From the NCBI GenBank assembly GCA_003056265.1, contig NBVN01000002.1, positions 90,001-122,000 on the forward strand: 32,000 nucleotides of DNA. The letters are read 5' to 3'. The DNA is from Zestosphaera tikiterensis (lineage in GTDB: Archaea; Thermoproteota; Thermoprotei_A; Sulfolobales; NBVN01). This document shows positions 9,116-18,210 of this stretch, piece after piece; position 1 is the first letter of the stretch, and every line of letters starts with the position of its first letter. The translations under genes were made by a program, and so were the position numbers. The notes beneath the pieces are model-generated. The model saw only the letters and a list, made by a program, of their open reading frames with translations. It was not told where the DNA came from and made no database searches.

Positions 9116-10686
9116 TCCACCACCCTATACTTCATGAATGCTTGGGTGAAGAGCCACCTCCAGAAAGTTCTATTCACGATAACTATGAAGATAGCTAGGT
9201 AGAGAGCGTAAAATAATGTGGCGTTGATATCGCCACCTATGGTAGCTACGTTAAGTAGGTAGCCTATACCGAAAAATTCAATTGTTTTAGATCCTATTTG
9301 AGCGTATTCAGCTGCGATGACGCTGTTCCAAGCACCTCCCCAAGCGGCTGAAAGCCCTGCGGTAATTCTAGGCATCATCGACGGGAGGTATATTCTAGAA
9401 AACCTTTTAAACACTCCTAACCTGTATATCTGAGCCACCTCATAGAGTCTCCGTTCAGCTTCTGTAGGTGGTGCTAAAGGCGTGTTGAAAAATATATACC
9501 AGGCGGTCCCCTGAAACAGTATCAGGAATGAAACTAATAGCGGGCTTATGAGGCCGTTTTCAACCGCTAGTGAGAATATCGACCACCAAAGGAATGCTGG
9601 CATAGATGAGAGGACTTCACCAAGCTGGATAAGGATATACTTCGCTACCTTACCATGTTCGAAGGCATAGAAACCGGCAAACGCTATGAAAGCAAATGAA
9701 GCTAAAATCGTAGTGAAGACCCTAAATAAACTATGCAGAAGCCCTACCGTTGCGTTAAACCACGGAAGCCCCGCTAGATCAACTTTTAAAGTGTTAACGT
9801 TTTTAAAAACTACGAGGCAAGCGATCGTTAAGGTCGTAAGAACTGCTGCGATAGCAAGGACTCTCGACGTTGAAGCTTTAAATAATTTCCGTAGATTTAT
9901 GCGGCTCAACACTACATCTAGGTTTCGAGTTGAGAGTAGGTAAATCACGTAATTACTGGGTGAAGGCATCCTGCCGAAGATATGTGGTGATAGAGCTCTG
10001 AAGATGTTTACCGCCGGATAAGAAACTGCGGATCCCCCAGCTAACGCAGACACCGCATTAACTAAGGGGTTCCACAACAGCATATATAGAGCTAACGACA
10101 CCCCAGTTAGGAGGGCTACCCCTACGTATGCGCCGAGGAAATCACCTCCAGCAGTTAAGTTCACAATATCCGCTCCGATACCTCTTAACCTGAATTCCTC
10201 GCTTCCTAACGAAATAACTTCACAAGCTGTTAAGAAGAAAAGACCGCCTGCCCAGGAGACTATACTGTTGGAAGCTATTGACAGCAGCGCTGTAGGTATG
10301 TAGATCTTAAACAATCTTGCCGCTAAGTTAAACCTATATATTGCTGACATCATCAGAAAGTCTTCAGGAACTGCTTTTACGGCTGAGTAGACGCCTAGGA
10401 TTAGATTCCACGCTTGCCCGGTAAATATGAGGATAACGGAGGCGAGCTCCGCCCCCAGCGGTGGTTGAACAGCCTTCGTTACGAGCAGTAGGACAGCAGG
10501 GAAAAAACCTAAAACAGGTATTGACTGGAGGACGTCTATTAAAGGGTAGAGAGTAGCTTCTAAGAGTTTAGACCTTCCCATAGGAATCCCTATTAGAAGT
10601 GCTGCTACGATAGACATCGTATATGCTGTTAATAGCCTCAGTAAGCTATAGGTCAGGTCCGTCAGTAGGTAGCCATAATCCATCAA
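9112..10686 (-). CDS. ABC transporter permease, fused duplicated transmembrane domain
   Basis: 524 aa polytopic protein, about twice the usual permease size. 4-nt overlap with the downstream ATPase gene. Confidence 0.75.
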   Translation of the reverse strand: MMDYGYLLTDLTYSLLRLLTAYTMSIVAALLIGIPMGRSKLLEATLYPLIDVLQSIPVLGFFPAVLLLVTKAVQPPLGAELASVILIFTGQAWNLILGVYSAVKAVPEDFLMMSAIYRFNLAARLFKIYIPTALLSIASNSIVSWAGGLFFLTACEVISLGSEEFRLRGIGADIVNLTAGGDFLGAYVGVALLTGVSLALYMLLWNPLVNAVSALAGGSAVSYPAVNIFRALSPHIFGRMPSPSNYVIYLLSTRNLDVVLSRINLRKLFKASTSRVLAIAAVLTTLTIACLVVFKNVNTLKVDLAGLPWFNATVGLLHSLFRVFTTILASFAFIAFAGFYAFEHGKVAKYILIQLGEVLSSMPAFLWWSIFSLAVENGLISPLLVSFLILFQGTAWYIFFNTPLAPPTEAERRLYEVAQIYRLGVFKRFSRIYLPSMMPRITAGLSAAWGGAWNSVIAAEYAQIGSKTIEFFGIGYLLNVATIGGDINATLFYALYLAIFIVIVNRTFWRWLFTQAFMKYRVVE

Positions 10687-10755
10687 CTACTACCGATAAA
10701 CATTAATAGAAAGTTTAAAAGGCTCTAAATACATAAACCTATCGGTTGCTCTGGA

Positions 10756-11268
10756 GTGGATGGAGAGAACCAGCCGCAAAATAGGAAAGTCCTCGACGTT
10801 GCCCCCGTATGTTTAACACCAGATCACATACTCGGCCTTATTGAAAGCGTGTACAGCGTTGGAGGTAAGATCGACTCTGAAGAGCTGAATAACCTTATAG
10901 ACGTGGATATGGATCTATTAACACACGCTATTGACGTGGCTGAAGCTCTTGGACTCGTAGTCTTCGATAGAGGTGATATTACAGTCACAGAACTTGGTGC
11001 GAAGGTCGCGGTAGCTCCCCCAAAGGAAGCGAGGAAAATCGTTAGAGACAAGCTTGCTGCGTTAGAGCCTTTTACAACGTTAATTAATGAGGTAAAGATG
11101 CGTGGAGGTAGGATGTCTGTATCAATGGTTAGGAAGGTGTTAGCAGGTTTTTACGGTGAGGAAAACGTTGATTCAGCCTTAAACTGTTTAAGGCAGTGGT
11201 GGAGGTATTTCGAGCTGTTCTCGAGGCGTGGAGGGTATATTGAGCTTTCTAAGTCGTCACAGACGTAG
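10756..11268 (+). CDS. stand-alone AAA-associated C-terminal domain protein (domain normally fused to NitT/TauT ABC ATPases)
   Basis: The pattern LTPDHILGLIE...GKIDSEEL...AIDVAEALGLV...GDITVTELG...WWRYFELF matches my recollection of Pfam AAA_assoc_C. GTG start. Divergent from the ABC operon. Confidence 0.5.
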   Translation: MDGENQPQNRKVLDVAPVCLTPDHILGLIESVYSVGGKIDSEELNNLIDVDMDLLTHAIDVAEALGLVVFDRGDITVTELGAKVAVAPPKEARKIVRDKLAALEPFTTLINEVKMRGGRMSVSMVRKVLAGFYGEENVDSALNCLRQWWRYFELFSRRGGYIELSKSSQT

Positions 11269-11976
11269 GGACTTACATTTAATGAAGCTTAGGTATAAGC
11301 TTAAAGCCCTTCTCTCCACCTTCCTCAGTAGTTTAGCGTAGGCTGTCTTAGATATTTGAAGCTCTTTAGACAGCGTGTTAAGGTCTACCTTCCTTGGGTG
11401 GTTGTAGTAACCTCTTTCAAGCGCTAGTGAAGCCGCTTTAAACTGCCTTTCAGTTACCTTAAGGACTTTCTTCAAGTCCTCGCTTGCTGTATATAGGGTT
11501 GTTACGCCTCCCCGCATCAAATGCTCAAACTCTTCATAGCTTAATGAAGTCTCTACCTGCGCTTCATTACCTCCCTTTGATAAAGCCTCTAACACCCTAC
11601 TCTTCCCTGTCTTCGATACGACGAACCATTTTTCAATGCCGTCATATGCTATGAATGGGAAGTAGTACACGGTAACATCCTCTAAAGTTTTCATGGCGTT
11701 CGTAACCTCACGAGTTACTAACAACCCTAAAACCTCACGATCCTTTCTTCCGAGGACTTGAAACATTGAGACGTTAGGGTAGTTTGAAAGCTTATTAACG
11801 AATTTATGCGTGGCTAGCGTACTATCTGATGAAATCTTAATTAAAGCCTCCACATGGTTATTCTTTATTTTCGAGTTGATCACAAATACCTTAACATGAT
11901 CTCCTAAGAACTTCTCCGAAGTATTAACTACCGGGCAGTCAGGTTGCCAGACTTTAAGTATGTATGCTTTCATCAA
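11257..11976 (-). CDS. HTH_10 (bacterio-opsin-activator-like) transcriptional regulator
   Basis: C-terminal LTERQFKAASLALERGYYNHPRKVDLNTLSKELQISKTAYAKLLRKVERRAL is typical of the HTH_10 domain. Confidence 0.65.
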   Translation of the reverse strand: MMKAYILKVWQPDCPVVNTSEKFLGDHVKVFVINSKIKNNHVEALIKISSDSTLATHKFVNKLSNYPNVSMFQVLGRKDREVLGLLVTREVTNAMKTLEDVTVYYFPFIAYDGIEKWFVVSKTGKSRVLEALSKGGNEAQVETSLSYEEFEHLMRGGVTTLYTASEDLKKVLKVTERQFKAASLALERGYYNHPRKVDLNTLSKELQISKTAYAKLLRKVERRALSLYLSFIKCKSLRL

Positions 11977-12075
11977 TACCCACGGTAGATAGTTGTCCTC
12001 ACGTTTATAAATATGGGTTTACATGTAAACCACTATGTTTTTCCTACTTGACGAGGTCATTACTTGTGGGTTGTT

Positions 12076-13737
12076 ATGAGGAGTGACGTAACTAAGGTAG
12101 GTCTGGAGAGAGCTCCGCATAGATCTCTCTATAAAGCTTTAGGAATTACCGATGAGGAGTTGGGGAAGCCTTTCATAGCTATTGCGAACTCATTTAATGA
12201 AATCATACCTGGCCATGTACACCTGCGGGAAATCGCTGAATACGTTAAAGCCGGTGTGAGGATGGCTGGAGGTGTGCCGATTGAGTTCGGCATTATTGGT
12301 GTATGTGATGGCATCGCAATGGGTCACGAAGGGATGAAGTACTCACTACCTTCCAGGGAGCTCATAGCTGACTCTATAGAGTTGATGGTTAAAGCACATG
12401 CGTTTGACGGCTTAGTAGTTGTTGCTTCATGCGATAAGATAATCCCAGGGGCTTTAATGGCTATAGGGAGGTTGAACATACCGTCGATATTTGTTTCGGG
12501 AGGGCCTATGCTTGCTGGAACATACCGAGGTAGGAAGGTTGCCTTAAGCGATGTTTTCGAGGCTGTAGGGGCTGTGAAGTCTGGTAGGCTATCGCTTGAC
12601 GAGTTAAGTAGGCTGGAGAATCTTGCCTGCCCGAGTTGCGGGTCGTGCGCTGGTATGTACACCGCCAACACGATGAACTGCTTAAGCGAGGCTTTAGGTC
12701 TTTCCCTACCTGGGAATGGAACCGCCCCAGCACCTCTTGCCGAAAGACGTAGGATAGCTAAGTATACTGGTATGAAAATCGTTGAGCTTGTTAAGAAGGA
12801 CGTAAGGCCTAGAGACATAGCTACGAGGGAAGCTTTCCTAGACGCCATAGCCGTTGACTTAGCTCTCGGCGGGTCAACAAATACTGTGTTACATTTGCCG
12901 GCGATAGCGAGGGAGTTTAACGTTAAGATAACGTTAGATGATTTCGATGAGTTAAGCGAGAAAACACCTACGCTTGCTAAGTTAAGCCCCGCAGGCCCTT
13001 ACCACATTGAGGATCTTCATGAGGCTGGAGGCGTTTTAGCCGTTATGAAGGAACTGGATAAAAAGTCCTTAATACATAAGGATAGGATGACGGTCTCGCT
13101 GAAGACTGTTGCTGAGTTGTTAAGGGGTGTTGAGGTTTTACGTCGCGACGTCATCAAACCTGTTGAGGATCCATGGAGGTTAACTGGCGGTATAAGTATA
13201 TTGAAGGGCTCCCTCGCTCCTGAGGGGGCGGTTATTAAGGTGTCGGCGGTGGCGGAGGGGTTGACTGAGTTTGAAGGGTATGCGAAGGTATTTGATTCTG
13301 AGGAGGAGGCTGTGGAAGCCATTATGGCTGGTAAGGTAGGGCGTGGTGATGTAGTCGTAATAAGGTATGAAGGCCCTAAAGGAGGGCCTGGAATGAGGGA
13401 GATGTTAACACCTACGTCGTTAATTAGCGGTATGGGTTTGGATAGGGATGTAGCGTTGGTCACTGATGGGAGGTTTTCCGGCGCTACGAGAGGTATATGC
13501 GTTGGTCATGTGTCGCCTGAAGCTGCTGAGGGAGGGCCTATAGCCGTGGTTAAAGATGGTGATCCAATCAGAATAGACTTGAAAAAGAAGAGTATAGACC
13601 TGCTGCTTTCAAGTGATGAAATTAAGGAGAGGCTCTCGAGGTGGAGGCCTCCGGAGCCGAAGGTTAGGGAAGGATACCTCATTAGGTATTCGAAGCTTAC
13701 ATCTTCAGCTAGTACTGGAGCTGTGTTCAGGTGGTGA
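12076..13737 (+). CDS. ilvD: dihydroxy-acid dehydratase
   Basis: [19 protein letters not shown]-terminus, [21 protein letters not shown] Fe-S cluster ligand region, [13 protein letters not shown]. The ORF track begins at a TTG (12064); ATG at 12076 is preferred. Confidence 0.93.
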   Translation: MRSDVTKVGLERAPHRSLYKALGITDEELGKPFIAIANSFNEIIPGHVHLREIAEYVKAGVRMAGGVPIEFGIIGVCDGIAMGHEGMKYSLPSRELIADSIELMVKAHAFDGLVVVASCDKIIPGALMAIGRLNIPSIFVSGGPMLAGTYRGRKVALSDVFEAVGAVKSGRLSLDELSRLENLACPSCGSCAGMYTANTMNCLSEALGLSLPGNGTAPAPLAERRRIAKYTGMKIVELVKKDVRPRDIATREAFLDAIAVDLALGGSTNTVLHLPAIAREFNVKITLDDFDELSEKTPTLAKLSPAGPYHIEDLHEAGGVLAVMKELDKKSLIHKDRMTVSLKTVAELLRGVEVLRRDVIKPVEDPWRLTGGISILKGSLAPEGAVIKVSAVAEGLTEFEGYAKVFDSEEEAVEAIMAGKVGRGDVVVIRYEGPKGGPGMREMLTPTSLISGMGLDRDVALVTDGRFSGATRGICVGHVSPEAAEGGPIAVVKDGDPIRIDLKKKSIDLLLSSDEIKERLSRWRPPEPKVREGYLIRYSKLTSSASTGAVFRW

Positions 13738-13744
13738 GGTGTTT

Positions 13745-14722
13745 ATGGACGCGAAAGCTTTGAAGGTCTTAAGTAAGATACCTGACTTTCTATGGCTCTA
13801 TACGTTGGTGGCGATGGCGTTAGGCCTTACATACCCAGCAACGTTTAAGCAGTTGGCGCCGGCTATAACGCCTCTCTTAGGTTCGGTGATATTAGCGATG
13901 GGTTTAACGTTAAGGGGTTCGGACTTTATGAACGTCTTTAAAAACCCGAAGAAGGCGTTAGTTGGTATCCTATCTCAATATACGGTTATGCCGTTGGGAG
14001 GATTTATAGTTGCTGTGGCTTTACTTGGTGCCGTACCTGAGTTTATAGCTGGTCAAGTCCTTACAGGAACTTGCCCGACCGGTGTAGTTTCAAATGTTTA
14101 CACGTACTTAAGTATGGGCAACGTAGCTCTCTCCATAACTCTCTCAGCCATCAATACGGTTATAGCTCCAATACTAACACCCACTTTAACAGGCGTTCTT
14201 GCCGGGAAGTTCGTTCCAGTTGATGTGTGGGCGCTCTTTCTAGATATGGTGCAGGTAACTTTAATACCTGTAACTATCGGCGTAGTCATCAACACAGTCG
14301 CGTCTAAGTATGTAGCGAAGATTAAACCGATACTGCCGGCATATTCAAGCTTTGCCGTAGCTACAATTGTTGCTTACGTAGCAGCGAGCGGGCAGGCGCG
14401 GATACTAACCTTAACGCCATTCATGATCTTGTTGTTGATAGTGGCGACGTTAATACACCTATTCCTAGGTTATGCGTTAGGCTACGCATACGGTAAAGCT
14501 TTTAAGTTAGACTTACCTGATAGGATAACTATCAGTACAGAGACAGCCATGCAGAACTCAGGCCTTGCCACGGTCTTAGCTATAAAGCATTGGGATGCTT
14601 TAGCAGCGTTGCCGGCGGTGACTTACAGCATCGTGCAGAACGTTTTAGGGCCGTTTATATGTCAATTCTTCAGGAAGAGAGTGGTTAAAACAACGCAGCA
14701 AGCTAAAGGAGGGAAGACTTAA
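13745..14722 (+). CDS. bile acid:sodium symporter (BASS/SBF) family transporter
   Basis: Polytopic protein with SBF-like motifs (LTLRGSDF, GILSQYTVMPLGGF, CPTGVVSN). ATG at 13745 is preceded by GAGGTG, which is complementary to the 16S 3' end. The track's longer ORF from 13613 overlaps ilvD out of frame. Confidence 0.8.
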   Translation: MDAKALKVLSKIPDFLWLYTLVAMALGLTYPATFKQLAPAITPLLGSVILAMGLTLRGSDFMNVFKNPKKALVGILSQYTVMPLGGFIVAVALLGAVPEFIAGQVLTGTCPTGVVSNVYTYLSMGNVALSITLSAINTVIAPILTPTLTGVLAGKFVPVDVWALFLDMVQVTLIPVTIGVVINTVASKYVAKIKPILPAYSSFAVATIVAYVAASGQARILTLTPFMILLLIVATLIHLFLGYALGYAYGKAFKLDLPDRITISTETAMQNSGLATVLAIKHWDALAALPAVTYSIVQNVLGPFICQFFRKRVVKTTQQAKGGKT

Positions 14723-14950
14723 TTAAAATTCTTTGTAAGCTGCTGATGAATGCAGGAAATACCGCATGTGATTACGCCTTTAATTTTCCAACACTTTCCC
14801 TAACTACTGTGATGTTAGTACCTAAATCATAAACAAGCGCTTTAGAGCAAACATACTTTATCTCAACCTACATAAAGTTAAGAAAATACTCTATCCAGTA
14901 GTGAACACGTTCTTCATAACAGGTATGATTACACCGAATCCTTCAAGGAT

Positions 14951-15056
14951 AGGATGATGGGTTGGAGGCCCAACCCGGGGCTAAACGAAGCGGACGTAGC
15001 CCCAAACCAATGAACCTCTAGGGGGCTCTCACTCTTCAGGGCGGGGGAGGAAATCG
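14951..15056. ncRNA. GC-rich structured island, candidate small non-coding RNA (class and strand unresolved)
   Basis: About 105 nt of markedly higher GC inside an AT-rich intergenic region. Two perfect 7-bp hairpins: GGGTTGG/CCAACCC at 14959-14976 and GGGGCTA/TAGCCCC at 14977-15003. No ORF. Confidence 0.35.
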
Positions 15057-15183
15057 GTAAAAACGTAATCTTTCTGGGAGGACTTGATAAATGCCGGATT
15101 AATCAAAGGTTTTAAGAGAGGGTTCTATTCATTGAAGTATAAGAAGGTAAGGGTTAAGATTGTTTAAGGGGTGTGAGTAGTTA

Positions 15184-15366
15184 GTGAGGTTGAGTATGGA
15201 TCGTAGGTACGGGTGGATTATAGTAGATCCTAACATATGTCATGGAAAACCTGTGTTTAAAGGGACGCGTGTATTAGTTGCTGATGTACTTGATATGATA
15301 GCTTCTGGGATGGGTATTGATGAAATTTTAGAGGAATATCCTCAATTAAGTATATGTTTTACGTAG
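15184..15366 (+). CDS. DUF433-domain protein (antitoxin-like), apparently C-terminally truncated
   Basis: DPNICHGKPVFKGTRVLVADVLDMIASGMGIDEILEEYPQLS matches the DUF433 core. It ends abruptly (ICFT*) where family members normally continue for about 15-20 aa. Confidence 0.55.
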   Translation: MRLSMDRRYGWIIVDPNICHGKPVFKGTRVLVADVLDMIASGMGIDEILEEYPQLSICFT

Positions 15367-15602
15367 TGAAAACGTAATTCTTACTTACCTATGTTTTTAG
15401 GTGTGGTTAGAGCTGTTGGTTTAATGTTACTGTTCGTCGGGGTTGTAGGTTATTCAGCAATTGCTGTTCTTACTTTATTTATAAGTGGCCGGTGATGTGT
15501 TTACATGGTTTTTAACTAGGTGTAAGTGATTGTCCAAGCACTTCTGCTCCCGTTCCTAGTGAAGCATACAGTACGTACGTTACCATTCTCTACGTTGTCT
15601 GC

Positions 15603-18017
15603 TTAGCGGTAATACACTACTAGCGTTGTTGGGCTTTCTACTTCCACCCAAACGCTAAGGGGGCGGTCTTCGATATGTGGAGCTAGTTCTTTGGCGATGT
15701 AGTCAACCCATTGCTTATGGAATAGCGGTGAGTAGAGCTTAAGTACGTCCCAAGTCCATCGTATTCTCCACGAGTATTCCGACCTGCAGGCGTATGTACA
15801 TGACGCACCTAGTATCGCCGCAAGTTCCTTACAAACATCATCAGCAAACTTGGAGGGGATCGCGTCACTGAAGTAGGTGTCCCTGTAATCCTTGCTTAAC
15901 TTATAGAACTCTACTGTGGGTCCGCCCTGTGTATCATATGACACTCTATAGACATACACATACCCTAATATGTTGACTTCATACTCAAGATAATCACTCC
16001 ACTCCGCTACTGGTAGGTGCTGGTCTAAGACGAAGAGCGTGTCATTTATCTCTACGGCGGCTGTAGCGTGTCGGCCCTCCGTCGTGTTGAGTGAGAGGAT
16101 GTACACAGGTTTAACGCCAGCTGAGATGAGTGTAGCAACAAGAAAAACTGCGTAATCCGCACATACTCCGCTCCTCCTCTCGGCGAATTCTATCGGGTCG
16201 TATATATTTGAAACGCTTACTAGCCCTGCTTTCACATAATCGTACCCTGCATTCTCGTCAACCCACTCTAGAGCTTTCCAGGCGGCCTCTTTAACGTCTC
16301 TTGGGGGGACGTTATCATACACTAGTTTCCTTAGGTAGCTAATCGTAGTCTCGTTGAAAGAGCTAAGAATTACGTCATAGAATGTGTTTCCAAAACTTAA
16401 GGATCGTATAAAAATAACGTTTTCACATCCCCCGAAACTCATTGATTTCTTACTCCAGTCGACGCGCAACTCACATGTCTTGCTAACGTCGTATAAATCA
16501 ATCTCGAAATTCGATATCCCGGCTCTCTTTAATGCCTCTAGTATTTCGTTTAGTGGGAATAGGGCTTTAGCATATGTCTTATTAACGAACACGTACGCAG
16601 CGATAACATGTGATGTGCTTGGATCTATGGGGTAGGGCGTTAAATGAAGTTTATACTCACCCCCCTTGATAACGAAGTAGGGATAGCTAGGCTTCCCGCT
16701 CCAAAACTCCTCTATGATTAAGTGCGTATCGTTTACGTAGATTTTCATGGAGCCGAGGTCGAGGCGCTCCCTATATTGTTGAAGCATGCTGGGTGTAAAC
16801 GGTGATGTCTCACGTAATAAAGCTGTAGTTGCAGTCGTAGTTGTAGGTACAAGGCTAACTAGTACATCAGACTTAAGACTTTCTGCCGTAGTCGTAGGTG
16901 GGGTTTCGTTGAGTTGTTGATGGAAAAGTAAACTAGCAGTAGGCAGTAGTGCTAAAACAGCTATCAGCGCAATCACAACCTTAGCAAAAACACTTAATCG
17001 TTTTGATCTTACCTCTTTTCCTTGCGAGTCCACTGTTGTCCTACCGATTTCAGTGCTTCTTTCTTCAGTGCCGACCGTAATTGTTCTCAAGCATCCTTCA
17101 GTCCCTGCTTCTTTTTCATTTGGTTCGTACTCAATTCGAACCGGTATAACATATTCTTTATCTTTAGCCTCTAAGCGTTCTTTCGGTCGTTCGCTAACGA
17201 TGCGGGACGTCCATGAAGCAATTACATCGCTTACTGATCTGAGTGTTTTAAATCTAACGTCTGCTCTCGCGAGATCGGGTAGTAACTTGATATCTTGTAT
17301 CTTCGCAGCCGCTTTAATTACGTTTGGATGTTCAAGTACTTGCTTAAGCACTTCCCTAAGGTCTAGCCCTAACCTCAGCTCGGTATTTAGGGAGCTGAAA
17401 TAAGAATATACGCTATCAATCGCCATAGCTACGCAGTACGCCGTCCTACAGAACCCTAATGACGTAGTAAGCTTCTCAGATTGCTCGCGTATAAAGCTCT
17501 CAAGCATAGACTCTACGTATGAGGCCATCTCCGCATGAGTAGGCATTCTTTGTGAATAGGGCCTCTCCTTAAACCCCATAGCTTCTAAGAACTCACCAAC
17601 GGACTGGCTATAACCTACCGCCCCGCTCTTACTTCTTTCCCCCAACCCTAGGTAAGTCCTCACAACCTCCCTAACCTTTACGTACACATCGGGTTGCAAT
17701 ACAGGGATAACGCCATCCTCGACAAACGCCCTCCCGCGATTCGTGACCGTATATAAGATTTTCTCGAGCTCGGAGGTAGTGCCGTACACATTTATATACT
17801 TCCGCATGTGTAGCGTTTGTATATCGCGGTAAAGCTCTGAATGAATAGTGGAAGAGACTGCGACGTCAGCGTAGAGTCCCTCGAAGTAATTACTCAATTC
17901 TGGAACTGAAGACTGAACACGTAATACAAGCTCTTTAAGCCTATCCATACCTTTGACGCTATTGGCAAGATATACCACAAACAACGGTAGAGCGTATCTA
18001 GGGAGCTTCACATTCAC
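15603..18017 (-). CDS. membrane protein with an unknown cytoplasmic N-terminal domain, one TM helix, a Thr-rich linker and an extracellular transglutaminase-like cysteine-protease-fold domain
   Basis: TM helix VFAKVVIALIAVLALLPTASLLF, linker PPTTTAES...PTTTTATT. Cys-His-Asp core candidates are SGVCADYAVF, GRHATAAVE and FVLDQH. GTG start at 18017; first ATG at 17948. Confidence 0.6.
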   Translation of the reverse strand: MNVKLPRYALPLFVVYLANSVKGMDRLKELVLRVQSSVPELSNYFEGLYADVAVSSTIHSELYRDIQTLHMRKYINVYGTTSELEKILYTVTNRGRAFVEDGVIPVLQPDVYVKVREVVRTYLGLGERSKSGAVGYSQSVGEFLEAMGFKERPYSQRMPTHAEMASYVESMLESFIREQSEKLTTSLGFCRTAYCVAMAIDSVYSYFSSLNTELRLGLDLREVLKQVLEHPNVIKAAAKIQDIKLLPDLARADVRFKTLRSVSDVIASWTSRIVSERPKERLEAKDKEYVIPVRIEYEPNEKEAGTEGCLRTITVGTEERSTEIGRTTVDSQGKEVRSKRLSVFAKVVIALIAVLALLPTASLLFHQQLNETPPTTTAESLKSDVLVSLVPTTTTATTALLRETSPFTPSMLQQYRERLDLGSMKIYVNDTHLIIEEFWSGKPSYPYFVIKGGEYKLHLTPYPIDPSTSHVIAAYVFVNKTYAKALFPLNEILEALKRAGISNFEIDLYDVSKTCELRVDWSKKSMSFGGCENVIFIRSLSFGNTFYDVILSSFNETTISYLRKLVYDNVPPRDVKEAAWKALEWVDENAGYDYVKAGLVSVSNIYDPIEFAERRSGVCADYAVFLVATLISAGVKPVYILSLNTTEGRHATAAVEINDTLFVLDQHLPVAEWSDYLEYEVNILGYVYVYRVSYDTQGGPTVEFYKLSKDYRDTYFSDAIPSKFADDVCKELAAILGASCTYACRSEYSWRIRWTWDVLKLYSPLFHKQWVDYIAKELAPHIEDRPLSVWVEVESPTTLVVYYR

Positions 18018-18210
18018 AAAGCACCTACAAGATACTTACATGAGTAAGATAAAAATTAATAAAATAAATTAATTTGACGCCAATCAGCTTAGTTCTTCCT
18101 CGACTACCTCTAGTTTGCTTCACAAGCGTTTCTTAGACCTAGATAATGAACGTGGACACCTTACCCCACAAATTTAAATATTATTCACAATTAAGGTATT
18201 TAGTAGGGAT

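Noticed and set aside
13613-13744. N-terminal extension of the BASS transporter ORF given in the track (start at 13613)
   Set aside because: The extension overlaps the 3' end of ilvD in another frame and encodes an Arg/Gly-rich string. The ATG at 13745, with an upstream GAGGTG ribosome-binding site and the start of the hydrophobic protein, is the better start.
14951-15056. Interpreting the GC-rich island as a tRNA, a split-tRNA half or an att-site copy of tRNA-Val
   Set aside because: No T-loop (TTCRA) or D-loop consensus on either strand. Only a 9-nt coincidence (TCAGGGCGG) with tRNA-Val. It is kept only as an unclassified ncRNA candidate.
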